Part shown: positions 1 to 13,282 of the stretch, piece by piece
Layout of the letters: every line of letters starts with the position of its first letter
How positions within the stretch are numbered: position 1 is the stretch's first letter
NCBI RefSeq assembly: GCF_018350175.1
Contig: NC_058368.1
Span: 5,270,001-5,334,000 of the forward strand
Length of the DNA stretch: 64,000 nt
Direction of reading: 5' to 3'
Source: Felis catus
Taxonomy: Eukaryota
Made by a program: the position numbers and the translations under genes
Notes under the pieces: generated by a model
Database searches by the model: none
The model's input: only the letters and a program-made list of their open reading frames with translations
What the model was told of the DNA's origin: nothing

Positions 1-708
1 TGTGGGGCTACAGGATCATGGAAGCACAAGTCACCAGGGGCGATCAGAGGGGAGGTCGCGAGTGGGTGGAGGGATAGATAAGCATGGTCCTTAGTTAGGG
101 TCCAATTTTGGGGACAGAGAAGGTAGTGGCACTATTTCTTCTATTCCCAAGGATTCTTTTAAAACTCTATTGAATGCTGGGTTAGAGCAAGGTCCTTGAC
201 CTCAAAATAGCACAAACTTCCTTCTACCTCAGTACTACCCTACCCCCCAGGGGCTCAGAGGTGTAGGGGTGCCTCTGTTGGCTGAGTCGTGAAGGCGTGG
301 AGCTCTTTGTCCCCCTCTTCCAGCAACTCTACTAGGAAGTTGCTCCAGCTGTTGTCAGCTCTTCCTCTACCTTGAGATACGTTCTGTTCCAAGATATTTG
401 GCTCAGTAAGTGGGAACTATAATAATGTGCCTTGTATGTTGGTAGGAATTTGATGGCAGTACGTATGTAACCCAAGGTATGGTATTTGGTATAGTGTCCA
501 AAGAGTGGCTGAAAGTCCAGGCTGGTTATTATTCACGTTCTCTTCTGCCAGGTGTATTGCTTACTCTCCGATTATTTGAGGCCTAGAACATTCAGTTGAT
601 GAGCTATGGGTGAGGGGTGAGGAAAGGAAAGTGTATTTGAGTACTACCCTGGGCAAAGGACAGAGAGTACCTGGACAGTAAATAGGCAGGTTAAAGAATA
701 GCAAGGTA

Positions 709-940
709 GGGGTACCTGGGTGGCTCAGTCAGTTGAGCATCCACCTTCAGCTCCAGTCTTAATCTCACACTTTGGCTCAGGTCATGATCTCGTGTTCTGT
801 GAGTTCGAGCCCCGCATCAGGCTCCCTGCTGTCAGTGCAGAGCCCGCTTAGGATCCTCTGTCCCCTTTGCTCTCGGCTCCTCTCCCACTCACGCTCTCTC
901 CCTCTCAAAAATAAACATAAAAAAAAAACCAACCAAACAA
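709..940 (+). mobile_element. Can-SINE (SINEC_Fc-like)
   Basis: GGGGTACCTGGGTGGCTCAGTC head, CT-rich tract, AATAAA and A tail; TSD core AGCAAGGTA on both sides. Confidence 0.9.
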
Positions 941-1886
941 ACAGCAAGGTAGATTTTGCATGTTAGGGGTTTTTGTATGTTTTTCCTATATTTTTCTGCA
1001 ACTTCTACAGGCAAGCGTGCTGTCCCGAGAGCGTAAGACCGGGCTGAGAGGTGTTCAAGTGTGCGTGTGTGTATCATTGTAGCTTCAAGAAATTGGCGCC
1101 TGCGTTTGGCGGTGTTGAGAGAACAGGGTCCCGTGTAAGTTCACGTTAAAGTCACTGTGACCTCCTCCTGCAACCAAATACCAGTGAAGGTTCTTGACTA
1201 CGGGACGGTGAAAACCTTAAACCTGGTCCAAATGGAGAAGTAGAAATGTTCTGAGTTACGAATGTAGAATCTGTAGCGCTCTCTCCTTCCCTCTTTTGTC
1301 CCTCCTTCCTTCCTTTTTCCCTTCCTTGTTCTGGACAGTCAGCTTTTCAGCCATTTGGACTCTGCTTTGACCATCCCTAAGGAATACTGTGCATGATGTT
1401 TAACTTGAATACTTAATTGTAGATTGAATTATTACATAAAGGAGTGTTCTTATCCTATCAAAAATACGACTCCTTTGTTTCTATTCCGGTAAAAGGTGTG
1501 GAGGTCTTGAAAGCATTACTGTCTAGCATATGAAATGTGTTACAAAACCCTGACGATTTAAAAATAGAGCTCTTTATTTTCAGACCGTAAGGTTATTTGC
1601 TGAGTAGTATCATAATTACTTCCCCAGTATTCCATCTTTGTTAAAACTGCCTCATATTAATTTTTAATGTTCCCTTTACAAATTAGAGTTCCTCAATCAT
1701 CCCAGTGTTGACGTATCGGTAAATTGAATTATTTTATAGAATGACTGTGCCAGGGGCAGACGGAAACACTCACTTCTCTCAGTCTTACTGTTTTGCCTGC
1801 TACCTCTTTCTGGTTTTATTGCCACTTGTATTTTTAGAAAGTTTGTTCACTACATAGGCTTAGACATTACAAGAGAAATAATTTTA

Positions 1887-2090
1887 TTATTTTAAAAATC
1901 CTATTTTTTGAACGTTTGTCCATTTTTGAGAGAGCATGAGCAGGGGAGGGGCAGAGAGAGAGGGGGACACAGAATCTGAAGTAGGATCCAGGCTCTGAGC
2001 TGTCAGCACAGAGCCCGACGCGGGGCTGGAACCCACCAACCATATGAGCCAAAGTCAGGTGCTCAACCGACTGAGCCACCCAGGTGCCTC
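1887..2090 (-). mobile_element. Can-SINE
   Basis: Reverse-complement SINE head (...CTGAGCCACCCAGGTGCC); TSD GAGAAATAATTTTA at 1873-1886 and 2091-2104. Confidence 0.92.
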
Positions 2091-2850
2091 GAGAAATAAT
2101 TTTAAATACAGGAGGGAATGAGTGTGCGTACCATACCATAGGTATTCTCTATATGGAGGTCTTGACGTGGGTTAACCATCTTTGTAGGCCAAGCATTGTA
2201 GATATTACCAAGTTGTGGAACTCCAAAGGAAAAAAATAACCTGATGGGAGATCCCTACTCATGCCTTTACCAGATTTCTTCCACCACTTTGTGTAAATGT
2301 ATTTACATATGTGTGCACCCTGAAATTCTTAATGCTTATAATTCATTTGTCCTACACATGAACATGTATCTCCGTTGGGAACTCATTAACTCCTCTGGTA
2401 AACCAGTCTAGTCCATGTTTAGCTGACGGGGGAGTCCTTCCTTCATGTTGAGACTTCTCGTGATTCCCCCCTATGAAAAGCAGAACTTGGCCCATAAGCA
2501 GCCATAAGTAGTTGTAGTCACTATAACAAAATATTCTAATATCACATCTGAATTAATATTAATGAACTGTCATGCATTTAATGGCGCCCTTAATGTTTAG
2601 TATAATAATCATAGATGTCTGTAGAGATACGGTTTTTGGTATGGTATGAGTTTTGAGAAAATGTTGATACGGAGAGGGGTGGTCAGTCAGTAACCAACAA
2701 TACTTTCATGTATTTCTCTTGCAATTTGTCAGGATCAAGCTATTTCTAGTTTTGGGGTCCATTTGGTAGTATCTTTGGATGGTACATGGGCACACCACAC
2801 TGTTTAAAAAAAATAATTTATCATATGTCCTACACTTGGACAAGCTATTT

Positions 2851-3063
2851 AAAAAAATTTTTTTTTAATGTTTATTTTTTTTTGACAGAGACAGAGCATG
2901 AGCAGGGGAGGGTCAGAGACAGAGGGAGACACAGAATCTGAAACAGGTTCCAGGCTCTGAGCTGTCCGCACAGAGCCCGACGCGGGGCTCGAACCCACAG
3001 ACCGCGAGATCATGACCTGAGCCGAAGTCAGACGCTCAACCAACTGAGCCACCCAGGCGCCCC
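2851..3063 (-). mobile_element. Can-SINE
   Basis: Near-consensus body; TSD GGACAAG(C/T)TATTT. Confidence 0.92.
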
Positions 3064-3368
3064 AGGACAAGTTATTTTTAATACAATGGTGGCATTTGCT
3101 AGAGAGTAAAATAAGTGTCTTCTAGAAATAAACTTATGCTATTTAAGAATTTTGGAATAGTAGAATAGCTTTATAAGAAACTTAGCAGACTTTGATTTTA
3201 AATCCTAATACTTATATAAGTAGTTTGAAAATACCGATTTAACATCCTTCCCAATCAGATGTTTTCTCACATAGCTGTTGAAGATAAATTGATGGTTTTT
3301 GAACTACTGTGCTAAGGGACCTGATGAATTTTGATATTTTGAGATACGACCATTAGAAAAAATATCAC

Positions 3369-3480
3369 TGGGGTGCCTGGCTGGCTCATTTGGTGGACCG
3401 TGCAACTCTTGATCTCAGGGTTGTGAGTTTGAGCCCCATGCTGGGGGTAGAGATAACTTGAAAATAAAATCTTTAAAGAA
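3369..3480 (+). mobile_element. Short older Can-SINE lacking the CT tract
   Basis: GGGGTGCCTGGCTGGCTCA...CTTGATCTCAGGGTTGTGAGTTTGAGCCCCATG...AAAATAAAATCTTT. Confidence 0.8.
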
Positions 3481-3576
3481 AAGATAGAATTATGTTTAGC
3501 TTTTAAAAGAGACTCCTATGCTGTTTACTTGCTGGAAACTCACTGAATATTTAAAAAATTAGAACAGCATAAAAAT

Positions 3577-3808
3577 GGGGACGCCTGGGTGGCTTAGTCG
3601 GTTGGGCGTCCGACTTCGGCTCAGGTCATGATCTCGCGGTTTGTGGGTTCCAGCCCCGCGTCGGGCTCTGTGCTGGAGCTCGGAGCCTGGAGCCTGGAGC
3701 CTGCTTTGGATCCTGTGTCTCCCTCTCTCTCTGCCCCTCCCCTGCTCGCAGTCTGTCTGTCTCTCTGTCTCTCTCAAAAATAAGTAAACATTAAAAAAAA
3801 TTTAAAAA
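3577..3808 (+). mobile_element. Can-SINE
   Basis: Full head, CT tract and A tail; TSD AGAACAGCATAAAAAT at 3561 and 3809. Confidence 0.93.
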
Positions 3809-6800
3809 AGAACAGCATAAAAATGGGTCCACATACATCCATGGAATAATGTTTATCAGATAAGAGAGCTGAGGTTGAGTTCGGCAGAAGTGCTGTAGCT
3901 ATTTAGTAACTTCCAAGATGCAGTCTCTGCTGGGCAAGACTAAAAAGCGAATGGTCTCTGGAATCTCTTTGCCAAGGTTTATGGACCTAAAAACCATCCA
4001 GTGCATTTTTGTGAATCCTCGTAGAATGCCATCTGCGCTTATGTATATTTTGCCCTCCGTTTGTCATTCTCGTCCTGTTTGCATGCTACCTGCCGTGCTG
4101 TGCTTCTCTCCTGTGGCATGCATATAAAGGTAACTTGATTGGTGAGACCACAGTCTAGGGATCATTTTTTTCCTCTAAACTTTACATTGTATAAGAAAAA
4201 TCTAGGTTTATTTGGTCTGGGGCAAGGCTGATTTCTGTTTGAAACTAACACTCCAGGGGACTTTGTTGAAGGGGGTCCTCATTTACAGTCCTCCCTATCC
4301 TCGAGTGCATATTCCATAGGATTGTGAAGGCTAATTAAATGAGTTAATATATATATAGCACTTTAAACGGCGCCTGGCTGAGTGCTTTACAGATTTCGGT
4401 GTTCCTGTTGTTTGCGTTTTAGATTATGTATGTGGCAAAAACTCTCCTACCAAACTTGTTACATAGCGCCTGAGATGAAAACAACCAGGTTTTGAATTGC
4501 ATTTAAAAGGATTAAAAGATAATGTGCAAACTGAATAGGATGAGTGTATCTTAAGGGAACAAACACAGACATTCTCTTTGTGCAGCACCTGATTAAGATC
4601 AACTTTAGTGTTTGCCTGAGGTTCTCACGGATAACTTTAAATTATTAAGTGTTTACTGGAAAAATGGTAATGGAAAAAATGAGCAGTGTAAGCTATGTTT
4701 TTTAACTTTAAATTTTGAATTGCCAGAGGGGGAAGGTACTTAGGTCAAGTAAACCAGCAAAGGAAAATTGGTATACGAGTCTTGTGCCCACCAGTGACTG
4801 CCTGAATGACTTGTCACCCATAATTTCTCTGAGCCTGTGTTTCCTCACTTGTCTGGCGGGAAGCATACCTGCCTTGCAGGCGTGTCATGAAGCTAAACAA
4901 GGTTACAAATGTGAAAACGTCTAGAACGTAATGCGCCATGGGTATTGGTACATCCCATCTTCCATAACCTATCAGATCGGCTTACTCCTCTTTCTCATGG
5001 TGGTAAATACAGGTAACCTGACAGTTACCATTTGAACCGTGTAGGAGTAAACAACTCAGTAGTGTGAGGCACGTTCACATCGTTGTTACTCTTTTCATCT
5101 TCCCAAGGGGAGACTTAATGTCCACAAGACGACTCCCCGTTTCCCCCCTCACCCTGGCTCCTGGCGACCACCATTCTCCTTTCTGTCTCTGTGAACCTAT
5201 TCTCCGGGTTCCTCGTGGGGCTCTCCTCCACTGCGGGGAGTTGCCGTTCTCTATCAAGTGATCAGTTTCTACTCTTGAATCCTTCTATGATTGATCTCCT
5301 GCCCTGTTGTGCACCCCGGTAAACGCCATTAAAATAGATACAAAGGTTTAGAGGAAACTCACACGATTTCTTTTCCTTCCTGCTTCTGAGTGTGGTTGCC
5401 TTTATTGTGCCCATCATCCTTCCCCAGTGATCCTGGGAACGTTGGGGGATTCTGGGACCAGGATGGAGAAGGAGGGCTGCGGAGGGAATGTGGTGGGATT
5501 GGCATGGGCTTTTTAAGTCAGATCTGCTTTGTCAAGTAGGGGGTTTCTACGGCACTGTCTCAGGCCCTGATTTCTTCACTTCTACCGTGACCGCCTGCCT
5601 CAATGCCCATTTCCTTCCCATCTAGGTTGTTGGAGGTCATGGGTCCAGAGGCACTTAAGGCGCTATACTGCATCTGTTTTGTCTTCAGTAAGACACATGA
5701 GGCTGGCTGTTCTCATTGTATCCCAGGTTGACTGTCTCCTCTCCCCACACCCCTTCTCACCCTGCATTCTGGCTGCAGGGAGAACCCCCTGGGCCTCTAC
5801 TCACAGTGCTTTCCCCGGAGTGCTCTCTTTTCCTACTAACGCTGGTCCGCGCAGTGAGCTCTGTCTTTTAAGGCTCGGTTCTCCTATCTCTTAAGAAGCA
5901 TTTTCATCCTTGCCCTGCATCCCCACCCTTCGGAGGTTGAGCGACCCCTGCTTGTGCCACAGCTTTGCGTGGACTTTTCTGTTGTGGAGCTTAGCCTGGT
6001 GCATCGAATCTATTTTTGTGTCTCTGACTCTCCAGCTCTGCTGTCTCATCCTTGATGGCAAAGTCTGTCTGTTTCATCTTGTGTTCTCCCAGCACCAGGC
6101 ACAGTTCTGGCCAATGGGAAATGGAAAATCTCGGCTGCGTGACTTTGCTCTACAGGTGAAGGTCAGAACTGCACGGAAAATTAGACTTGGCTTGATGAGT
6201 TGTTCTAAGATTTCCGTTCACACTTAATTGCTTATTGAACAAAGTAGAACCCCCAAAGCAGTTACTTAAGCCTCAAAAATTGATGTATTGTGTGGTTTTG
6301 ATGTGCTTTTATATATAAAATACTCTTGCAAAGCTGGCTGCTGAGTTAAATGCTTTTAATGTCAATTCTTCAGATTTAATAGACTGATATCTGCCCTCAA
6401 ATGCAGGTGCCTTTGGGACTTAATGTGATTGCTGGCATCCTTACTCATTTATATTAGTTGAAGTTGGAAGTTTCTTCATTCATCAAATTTATTTTTAGTA
6501 CCTAGTACACACGAGTCCCTGCGCTTGGGTTTGGGGATGCGGTGGTGGGAAAGTGAGGCTGCCGCATTTGTGAGTCTGATCTTCTTGTTCCATTTGTTTC
6601 TCCCCTTTCCCCATAGTTCTCTTTAGCTTTTCGGTACCTTTGAGAAAGGGGACTTAGAGAACACACGTGTAGCCGCTGCTGTGGGATAAGTTCGTTGCCC
6701 CTGTGCTTTTGGGCGCGGGTCCTCGGTCTCTTAAAAGAGGAGCTCCTTCGGGAGAGTGAGAGCGGCCCTCAGGTGTGTTCCCCCGAGGCCGGAGGTGGGA

Positions 6801-7014
6801 ACAGTGCACCTGCCTGAGGTGCAAACAGTGCAACCGCCTGGAGGTCTGCCCGCCTTCCGTTATCACTTGTGCACCAGCAGCTGGAAGCGGCAATGGCAGG
6901 AAAGATGCTCTCCCTAAACAAGTCTTCCGTTGAGCTGAGTTCTAGACAATGGCTGTGATGATTAAATTTGAAGGGTTTTCTGTATATGTAAAATTACACG
7001 TCTATATGCTTCAA

Positions 7015-7205
7015 ATAAACGTTATTTCTTCATTCATTTAAGAGAGAGTGAGTGCGTGCGTGCAGGAGGGGACAGAGGGAGAGAGAGAGAGAATCCCAAG
7101 TGAGCTCCACACCCCATGTAGGGCTCGCTCCTATGACCCTGGGATGGTGACCTGAGCAGAAATCAAGAGTCAGATGCTCAACCAACTGAACCATCCAGGT
7201 GCCCC
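7015..7205 (-). mobile_element. Can-SINE (diverged)
   Basis: ...GATGCTCAACCAACTGAACCATCCAGGTGCCCC reverse head, GA tract. Confidence 0.85.
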
Positions 7206-7458
7206 GAGCACATTTTTATTTTAAATAAGTATTGTACTCTCCATGGAAGTCGGCACATACAGGTAACCCTCTGGCCCCCAGTATACAAAGACTAGGTTTC
7301 ATAATTATCTTACAATGGATTTTTCATAATTATTCATGGTTTTAAAATCAAAAAGCAAATAAGGAAAAGAAAAGTATCATTAGTGGTATTTACTAGTTGT
7401 CTAAATTACTCCTTTGGCAGACATTTTGGTTTTGTTAAATTTCACATGCTAGTTTCTT

Positions 7459-7663
7459 TTTATTTTATTTTTTAAATGTTTATTTTGGAGAGAGAATGAG
7501 CGAGCATGAGCAGGGGCGGGGCAGAGAGAGAGGGAGACACAGAATCTGAAGCAGGCTGCAGGCTCTGAGCTGTCAGCACAGAGCCCGACGCGGGGCTCGA
7601 ACCCCTGAACCTGAGCTGAAACCAAGAGTCGGATGCTCAGCTGACTAAGCCACTCAGGCACCC
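7459..7663 (-). mobile_element. Can-SINE
   Basis: Reverse head, GA tract and T tail; flanking CTAGTTTCTT repeat. Confidence 0.88.
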
Positions 7664-9437
7664 TTTTGTTTTACTAGTTTCTTGACCATTATTGACATAA
7701 ATATCCTAGCAGCCTATAACCAAAGGATTAAAGTTCAAACTGTTATGGTATAAAAATGATTGAATAAGAATAGTTGTGCTTCTCTCTGCCACAATAAAAA
7801 TTTACTGACATGATTACATACAATTTAATGAAGATAATGTTTGCTGTTGGGCCTTTTATTCCCGGTCAAGTTTTTGTTTTTATTTCATGATTGTTACTGA
7901 AAGTAATTTTGTAAGTTAAGGAGGGGGCTGTTTTAAAAACAACAACAACAAAACCACTCTCCTGGGTGTCAGACACACTGGGTAAGTGGATCACTGCTGG
8001 CAGCTGGCGTCATGGCGAGCCAGCCCTGTGTCCCTGACCGTGAACCTGCAGCTCCTCCCGCCCCTGTGCAGATGGATTTAGATGTAGCACGGTTTCTTCC
8101 AGGCCTTTTCAAGGTCTCTTCTAGTTGTGAAACCCTGTGTTTTGAGTGGATCCTGAGCTGGAACCTGGCACGGACAGAGCAGTGTTTGGGTTGACCTATT
8201 GGCCAGTCATTGCTGTCATCCTTACTCCTGCTGGTCCCCAGTGCCTGAGGCGGTGGGAGTCCGTTTCTCTGGCCCATTGGTAAAAAAGTTCAAGGTAGTC
8301 CACGGATGTGGTCATCTCTTCCCTGCTGCTTCGGTCCCTGAGACTAGGAGTGCGAGAGTTATTCTAGATTTCCCTCTGCACTTGGAAGGCAGATGTATTC
8401 TCTATAGAATCCAAAGTTCATTTGTTGAGACTTCTTAATTACATTTTTCAAGTCTATATTCTTAGTCTATCCAATTAGTCTGGTAATAGAATTATTCTCC
8501 CGTTACAAAGTTTTTGGTCAATTTGCTTAGGACTTTGGTTTTACATGTTTTCATGCTGTCATTTAATACATGGAACTTGTCCCATTGGTGGTAACATAGC
8601 CATAATTAGTATTTTGGCCTATGTTTGTTATTTTGCTCTCAAACTTGACTGCATGTTACTACTACAGCCTTTGCTTGTTTTTTTGTTCATGTTTGTATTG
8701 TATGATTTTGCTCATAAATTTTTCTGTGTTGAATAACAAAATCCCTCCAGAGATCCTTCTTCTATTCAGTAGGTGCTCTTGACCTATTTTTATAACTTTT
8801 TGATTATTTTGTTGGTTATTGTTGTTTGCTTACCTTTTCCTTGACTCTTGGCCTTGGCCGGTGAAATTCATTTTGGGATTACTAAACAAATGGAAGGAAC
8901 TAGGGGTAGAGCCGTTCATTTTGGCCACATTGACCATGTAGGGTCTGAGGGATGGGCAGGCAGGTACGTCCAAAGAGGAGGGCATGTGGTAGGGGTTGGA
9001 GGTGGATTTGGTGACCATGGGCACACTGGTGGTAATTTGAACCTTGGAGGTGGAAATGGTTTGGATGTTGAATAAGGCCAAGGGCAGAACCTTAGGGAAG
9101 ATCCCTGTTCAAGGATCCATCTGTGAAAGAAAAGGAGCCATCCGAGGTGGAAGGTGGTGACCAGAAAAGGAGGGCTGCAGAAGTCCGGGATGGCCCTTCA
9201 AGGAGAAAAGTAATGGCGTTAGGTGTGGACAAGAATCCCTTTGCTGTGGTAGGTCACTGAGTAGTTTCTGTTAATGAGAGCATCAGAGACCAGGGCGTGG
9301 TAGGTTAAAGTCTAAATGGGAGGTGGGGAGGACGGCAGGGTGGAATTGTCTTCTTGAATGGAGTTGGCAGTGAAGGGAGATGAGGAAAGGCTGAAAGAAG
9401 GGGACAAAGGAAAGGATTTTATTTTAAGAACTGTCTT

Positions 9438-9573
9438 GGGGCTCCTGCGTGGCTCAGTCAGTTAAGCCTCCGACTTTGGCTCAGGTCATGATCTCATGGT
9501 TCGTGAGTTGGAGCCTTGTATCAAGCCCTGTGCTGACAGCTCAGAGCCTGGAGCCTGCTTCAGATTCTGTGTG

Positions 9574-9612
<39 letters not shown>

Positions 9613-9631
9613 AAACATTAAAAAAAAAAAC
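9438..9631 (+). mobile_element. Can-SINE (first of tandem pair)
   Basis: Head, (CT)n, A tail; TSD AACTGTCTTG. Confidence 0.9.
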
Positions 9632-9643
9632 AACTGTCTTGCT

Positions 9644-9840
9644 GGGGGCGCTTGGGTGGCTCAGTCATTTAAATTCTGACTCTTGATTTTTGGCTCAGGT
9701 CATGATCTCACAGTTGTGAGATTGAGTCCTGTGTCAGGCTCCATGCTGGCTGTGGAGTCTAAGACTCTCCCTCCCTCTCTCCCTCTCCTCCTCTCCCCAG
9801 GCTCCCTTTACATGTGCACACACTCTGTCTTTCAAAAACA
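9644..9840 (+). mobile_element. Can-SINE (second of tandem pair, more diverged)
   Basis: GGGGGCGCTTGGGTGGCTCAG head; followed by CTGTCTTGC. Confidence 0.85.
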
Positions 9841-10337
9841 CCTGTCTTGCCGACAGTGGTGGAGAAGGGAGGTAGGATAGGTTAAGGGCATTGGGCCTGG
9901 GGCATCAGATCCCGAGCGCAGGTGCAAAGGTGGAATGGTCCCTTTCAAAGATAAGACGGAAGGGTCTAAGGCTGGATGAGGTGGCAGCTTGGGTGCTATG
10001 AGGAGCAAGGTGAATCAAGTCCAATTGACAGCTTCCGTGTACCCCATGACGTGGGGGTGCACAGCCTCGAAGTGAGGGGGTAGGGTGGAGAGTTTGAAAA
10101 CATGGAAGGGTTGGAACAGCCGGTGGTGCTTGGGAAAGGGCACAGAGAACTTAGGTGATGTTGGGAAAGTAACATAGGTACTTTATGTGAAGACACCCAC
10201 TTAGTTTTGCCTTGCTGAATAATATACTTTTAGTTTTTCAATCTTTTGGTGGGGGGAAAACACCAAATAAAAAATCAGTCTGAGTCTGTTGCTTTTTGTG
10301 TATTGTAGGTATTTCCAAGTGGGGGCTTTGTGTATAT

Positions 10338-10340
<3 letters not shown>

Positions 10341-10378
<38 letters not shown>
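10341..10378. repeat. (GT)19 microsatellite
   Basis: Directly visible. Confidence 0.97.
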
Positions 10379-10383
<5 letters not shown>

Positions 10384-11129
10384 CTTTGACCTTTCTGCCA
10401 CTGCAGAAGATTCTTGCTGCCAATGTTGGGTCATTTATAAATATTTGAGTAGGTTTTCTGGGAGCAAAACCATGCTGCAAAGGGTATAAAAGCTTGTTTG
10501 GCAGAGATGAATGTTGGAAGGATTTATGGTAACAGGGGAGAATATAGGGAACACAGCCTATTGTTTTTTTTGTTTTTTGTTTTTTTTTTTGGTTTGTTTT
10601 TGCATTTTTCTGTTCTGTTTTTGAGGGGCAAGGATTCTTGGTATCTGCCGGTTTTTAGAAGAGGTTTGCTGTTCTCATATTCACCGACCTTCATCTGTGT
10701 TTCAAAAACTGAAAACCTAAGGCTAAAAATTGATCTGAAGCTTCTGATGGTTTTATAATTTTTCTTGAACACGGCTAACTTTACTTTCCTGTTCATTTTC
10801 TCGGACCTCTTCTGTCCGAATCCTCCCAGCAGTGAGTAAGGTTGACACTGATGATTTCAGCACAGTGATGTTAACAAATTCATGCGGACCTAGCGGGTGA
10901 GCCTGTAAGCTCCACCATGTCCTTCCGGTGCCCTAGTGGGTCTTTGCTGACTAGCACCCTTGGGATCCGTCTTCTTTCTTTTCAGCGCTTCGCCTCTCTT
11001 ATCCACTTACTGTTCCCGTTCACAAAGCGAGTTAGGTGTTTCCTCACATTTCCCTTTAGCGAACTATCTATACCACACTTAACACCCAGATGGGCCTATG
11101 TGTTAATGGAGTATTATTGTCTGTATCTT

Positions 11130-11520
11130 TCATGCTGTACATGACACCCCCATGACTGACTTATTTTATGCCTGAAAGTTTGTACCTCTCCATCCCTTTC
11201 ACTTATTTTTCCCATCTGCTTCATTCCTCCCCCCTCTGGCAACCACCAATCTGCTCTCTCTAAGCCTGTTTTTTTTTTTTTTTTATTCCAAATAGAAGCG
11301 AAACCATATAGTATTTGTCTTTCTGACTCCTTTCGTTTAGCATAGTCTCCTCTAGGTTCATCCTTGTCATTACAAACGGCGGGATTTTCTTTTTTTTTTC
11401 ATGGCTGAGTAATATTCCACTGTGTTAATCTACACCTGCCACCTCTTGCTTATCCATTCTTTGATCACCGGACACTTGGGCTGGTCCATATCTTGGCCGT
11501 TGTAAGTAACGCTATGGTGA
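11130..11520 (-). mobile_element. L1 3' end fragment (older), followed by a T28 run at 11531-11558
   Basis: CTGGCAACCACCAATCTGCTCTC...GTATTTGTCTTTCTG...ATGGCTGAGTAATATTCCACTG: antisense L1 3'UTR/ORF2-end motifs. Confidence 0.8.
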
Positions 11521-11527
11521 TAGTGTC

Positions 11528-11561
<34 letters not shown>

Positions 11562-12021
11562 AGATAGACGGTTTTAAGTTTTATGTAGTAGGCTAATTGT
11601 ACAATTCAAGACTTGATGCAATTGCCCGTGCCCTCCGAATGAATAGTTGTTGAAGAGGAGACTACGTGAGGCGGAAAAAAGATTGTGAGCATCTTCGAAA
11701 ATGGAAATGGTTGAGTAAGTTACGCAGCCCAGTTGACCTCCGTCTCCCTGGACCCACCGGTTCTCTGCCCCCTCCCACTTGCTTGTTAGACAAATGAAGA
11801 GGTTTTCTATCGATTCTGACTCCTTTCAAAGCCCTGCATGAAACCTGCATGAAAATGAAGAAAATATTTTGTTCATTATATTGGTTAGCTCCTTGTTCAA
11901 ATATTAGCTCCCGACAGGAACAGTTTTTGGTTAAATTTGGGGAAAAAAAAGCAACTTAATCTAAATGGACCTCAGCTTACTCACTAGAGAAAATGAAGCT
12001 GATCCTACCCGTGAAGGGATT

Positions 12022-12382
12022 TTATGTATGTATGTATGTATGTACATCCAAATTAGTTAGCATATAGTGCAACAATGATTTCAGGAGTAGATTCCTTAGT
12101 GCCCCTTCCCCATTTAGCCCAGCCCCCCTCTCACAACCCCTCCCATAACCCTCAGTTTGTTCTCCATATTTATGAGTCTGTTTTGTCCCCCTCCCTGTTT
12201 TTATATTATTTTGCTTCCCTTCCCTTGTGTTCATCTGTTCTGTGTCTTAAGGTCCTCATCTGAGTGAAGTCGTGTGATTTTTGTCTTTCTGACTAATTTC
12301 ACTTAACATAAGACCCTCTAGTTCCATCCACGTAGTTGCAAATGGCAGGATTTCATTCTTTTTGATTGCCGAGTAATACTCC

Positions 12383-12436
<54 letters not shown>

Positions 12437-13282
12437 CACCACATCTTCTTTATCCATTCATCCATCGATGGACATTGGGGCTCTTTCCATACTTTGGCTA
12501 TTTTTTTTTTATTTAAAAAATTTTTTTTTACATTTATTTATTTTTGAGAGACAGTGAGACAGAGCATGAGCGAAGGAGGGGCAGAGAGAGAAGGAGACAC
12601 AAAATTCACAGCAGGCTCCAGGCTCTGAGCAAGTGTTCAGCACGGACCCGATGCGGGGCTGGAACCCACGAACTGCGAGATCATGACCTGAGCCAAAGTC
12701 GGACACTTAACCAACTGAGCCACCCAGGCGCCCCTATACTTTGGCTATTGTTGATAGTGCTGCTGTAAACATTGGGGTCATTTGCCCCTTTGAAACGGCA
12801 TCCCTGTATCCCTTGGATAAATACCTAGTAGTCCAGTTACTGGGTCATAGGGTAGCTCTATTTTTAATTTTTTGAGGACCCTCCATACTGTTTTCCAGAG
12901 TGGCTGCGCCAGTTTGCATTCCCACCAGCAGTGCAAAAGAGATCCTCTTTTCCTGCATCCTCGACAACATCTGTTGTTGCCTGAGTTGTTAATGTGAGCC
13001 ATTCTGACAGGTGTCAGGTGGTATCTCATTGTGGTTTTGATTCATATTTCCCTGATGATGAATGATGTTGAGCATTTTTTCTTGTGTCCGTTGGCCATCT
13101 GGATGTCTTTGGAGAAGTGTCTGTTCCTGTCTTTTTCCCATTTCTTCACTGGATTATTTTTTGGGTGTTGAGTTTGAGAAGTTCTTTATAGATTTTGGAT
13201 ACTAACCCTTTATCTGATATGTCATTTGTGAATATCTTCTCCCATTCTGTCGGTTGTCTTTTAGTTTTGCTGATTGTTTCCT
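12022..13282 (-). mobile_element. 5'-truncated carnivore L1 (ORF2 C-terminus plus 3'UTR), interrupted by a SINE and a (TG)24 tract
   Basis: Minus-strand ORF pieces [11 protein letters not shown]..., MEYYSAIKKNEILPFATTWMELE and KRQPTEWEKIF are L1 ORF2 C-terminal sequence; the tail has decayed to (TATG)n. Confidence 0.93.
12503..12734 (-). mobile_element. Can-SINE nested in L1
   Basis: TSD ATACTTTGGCTATT at 12489-12502 and 12736-12749; L1 sequence resumes on both sides. Confidence 0.93.

Noticed and set aside
1..700. Possible LTR/ERV-internal remnant at the window start
   Set aside because: No diagnostic motif or ORF could be recognised by eye; it needs a RepeatMasker/Dfam search.
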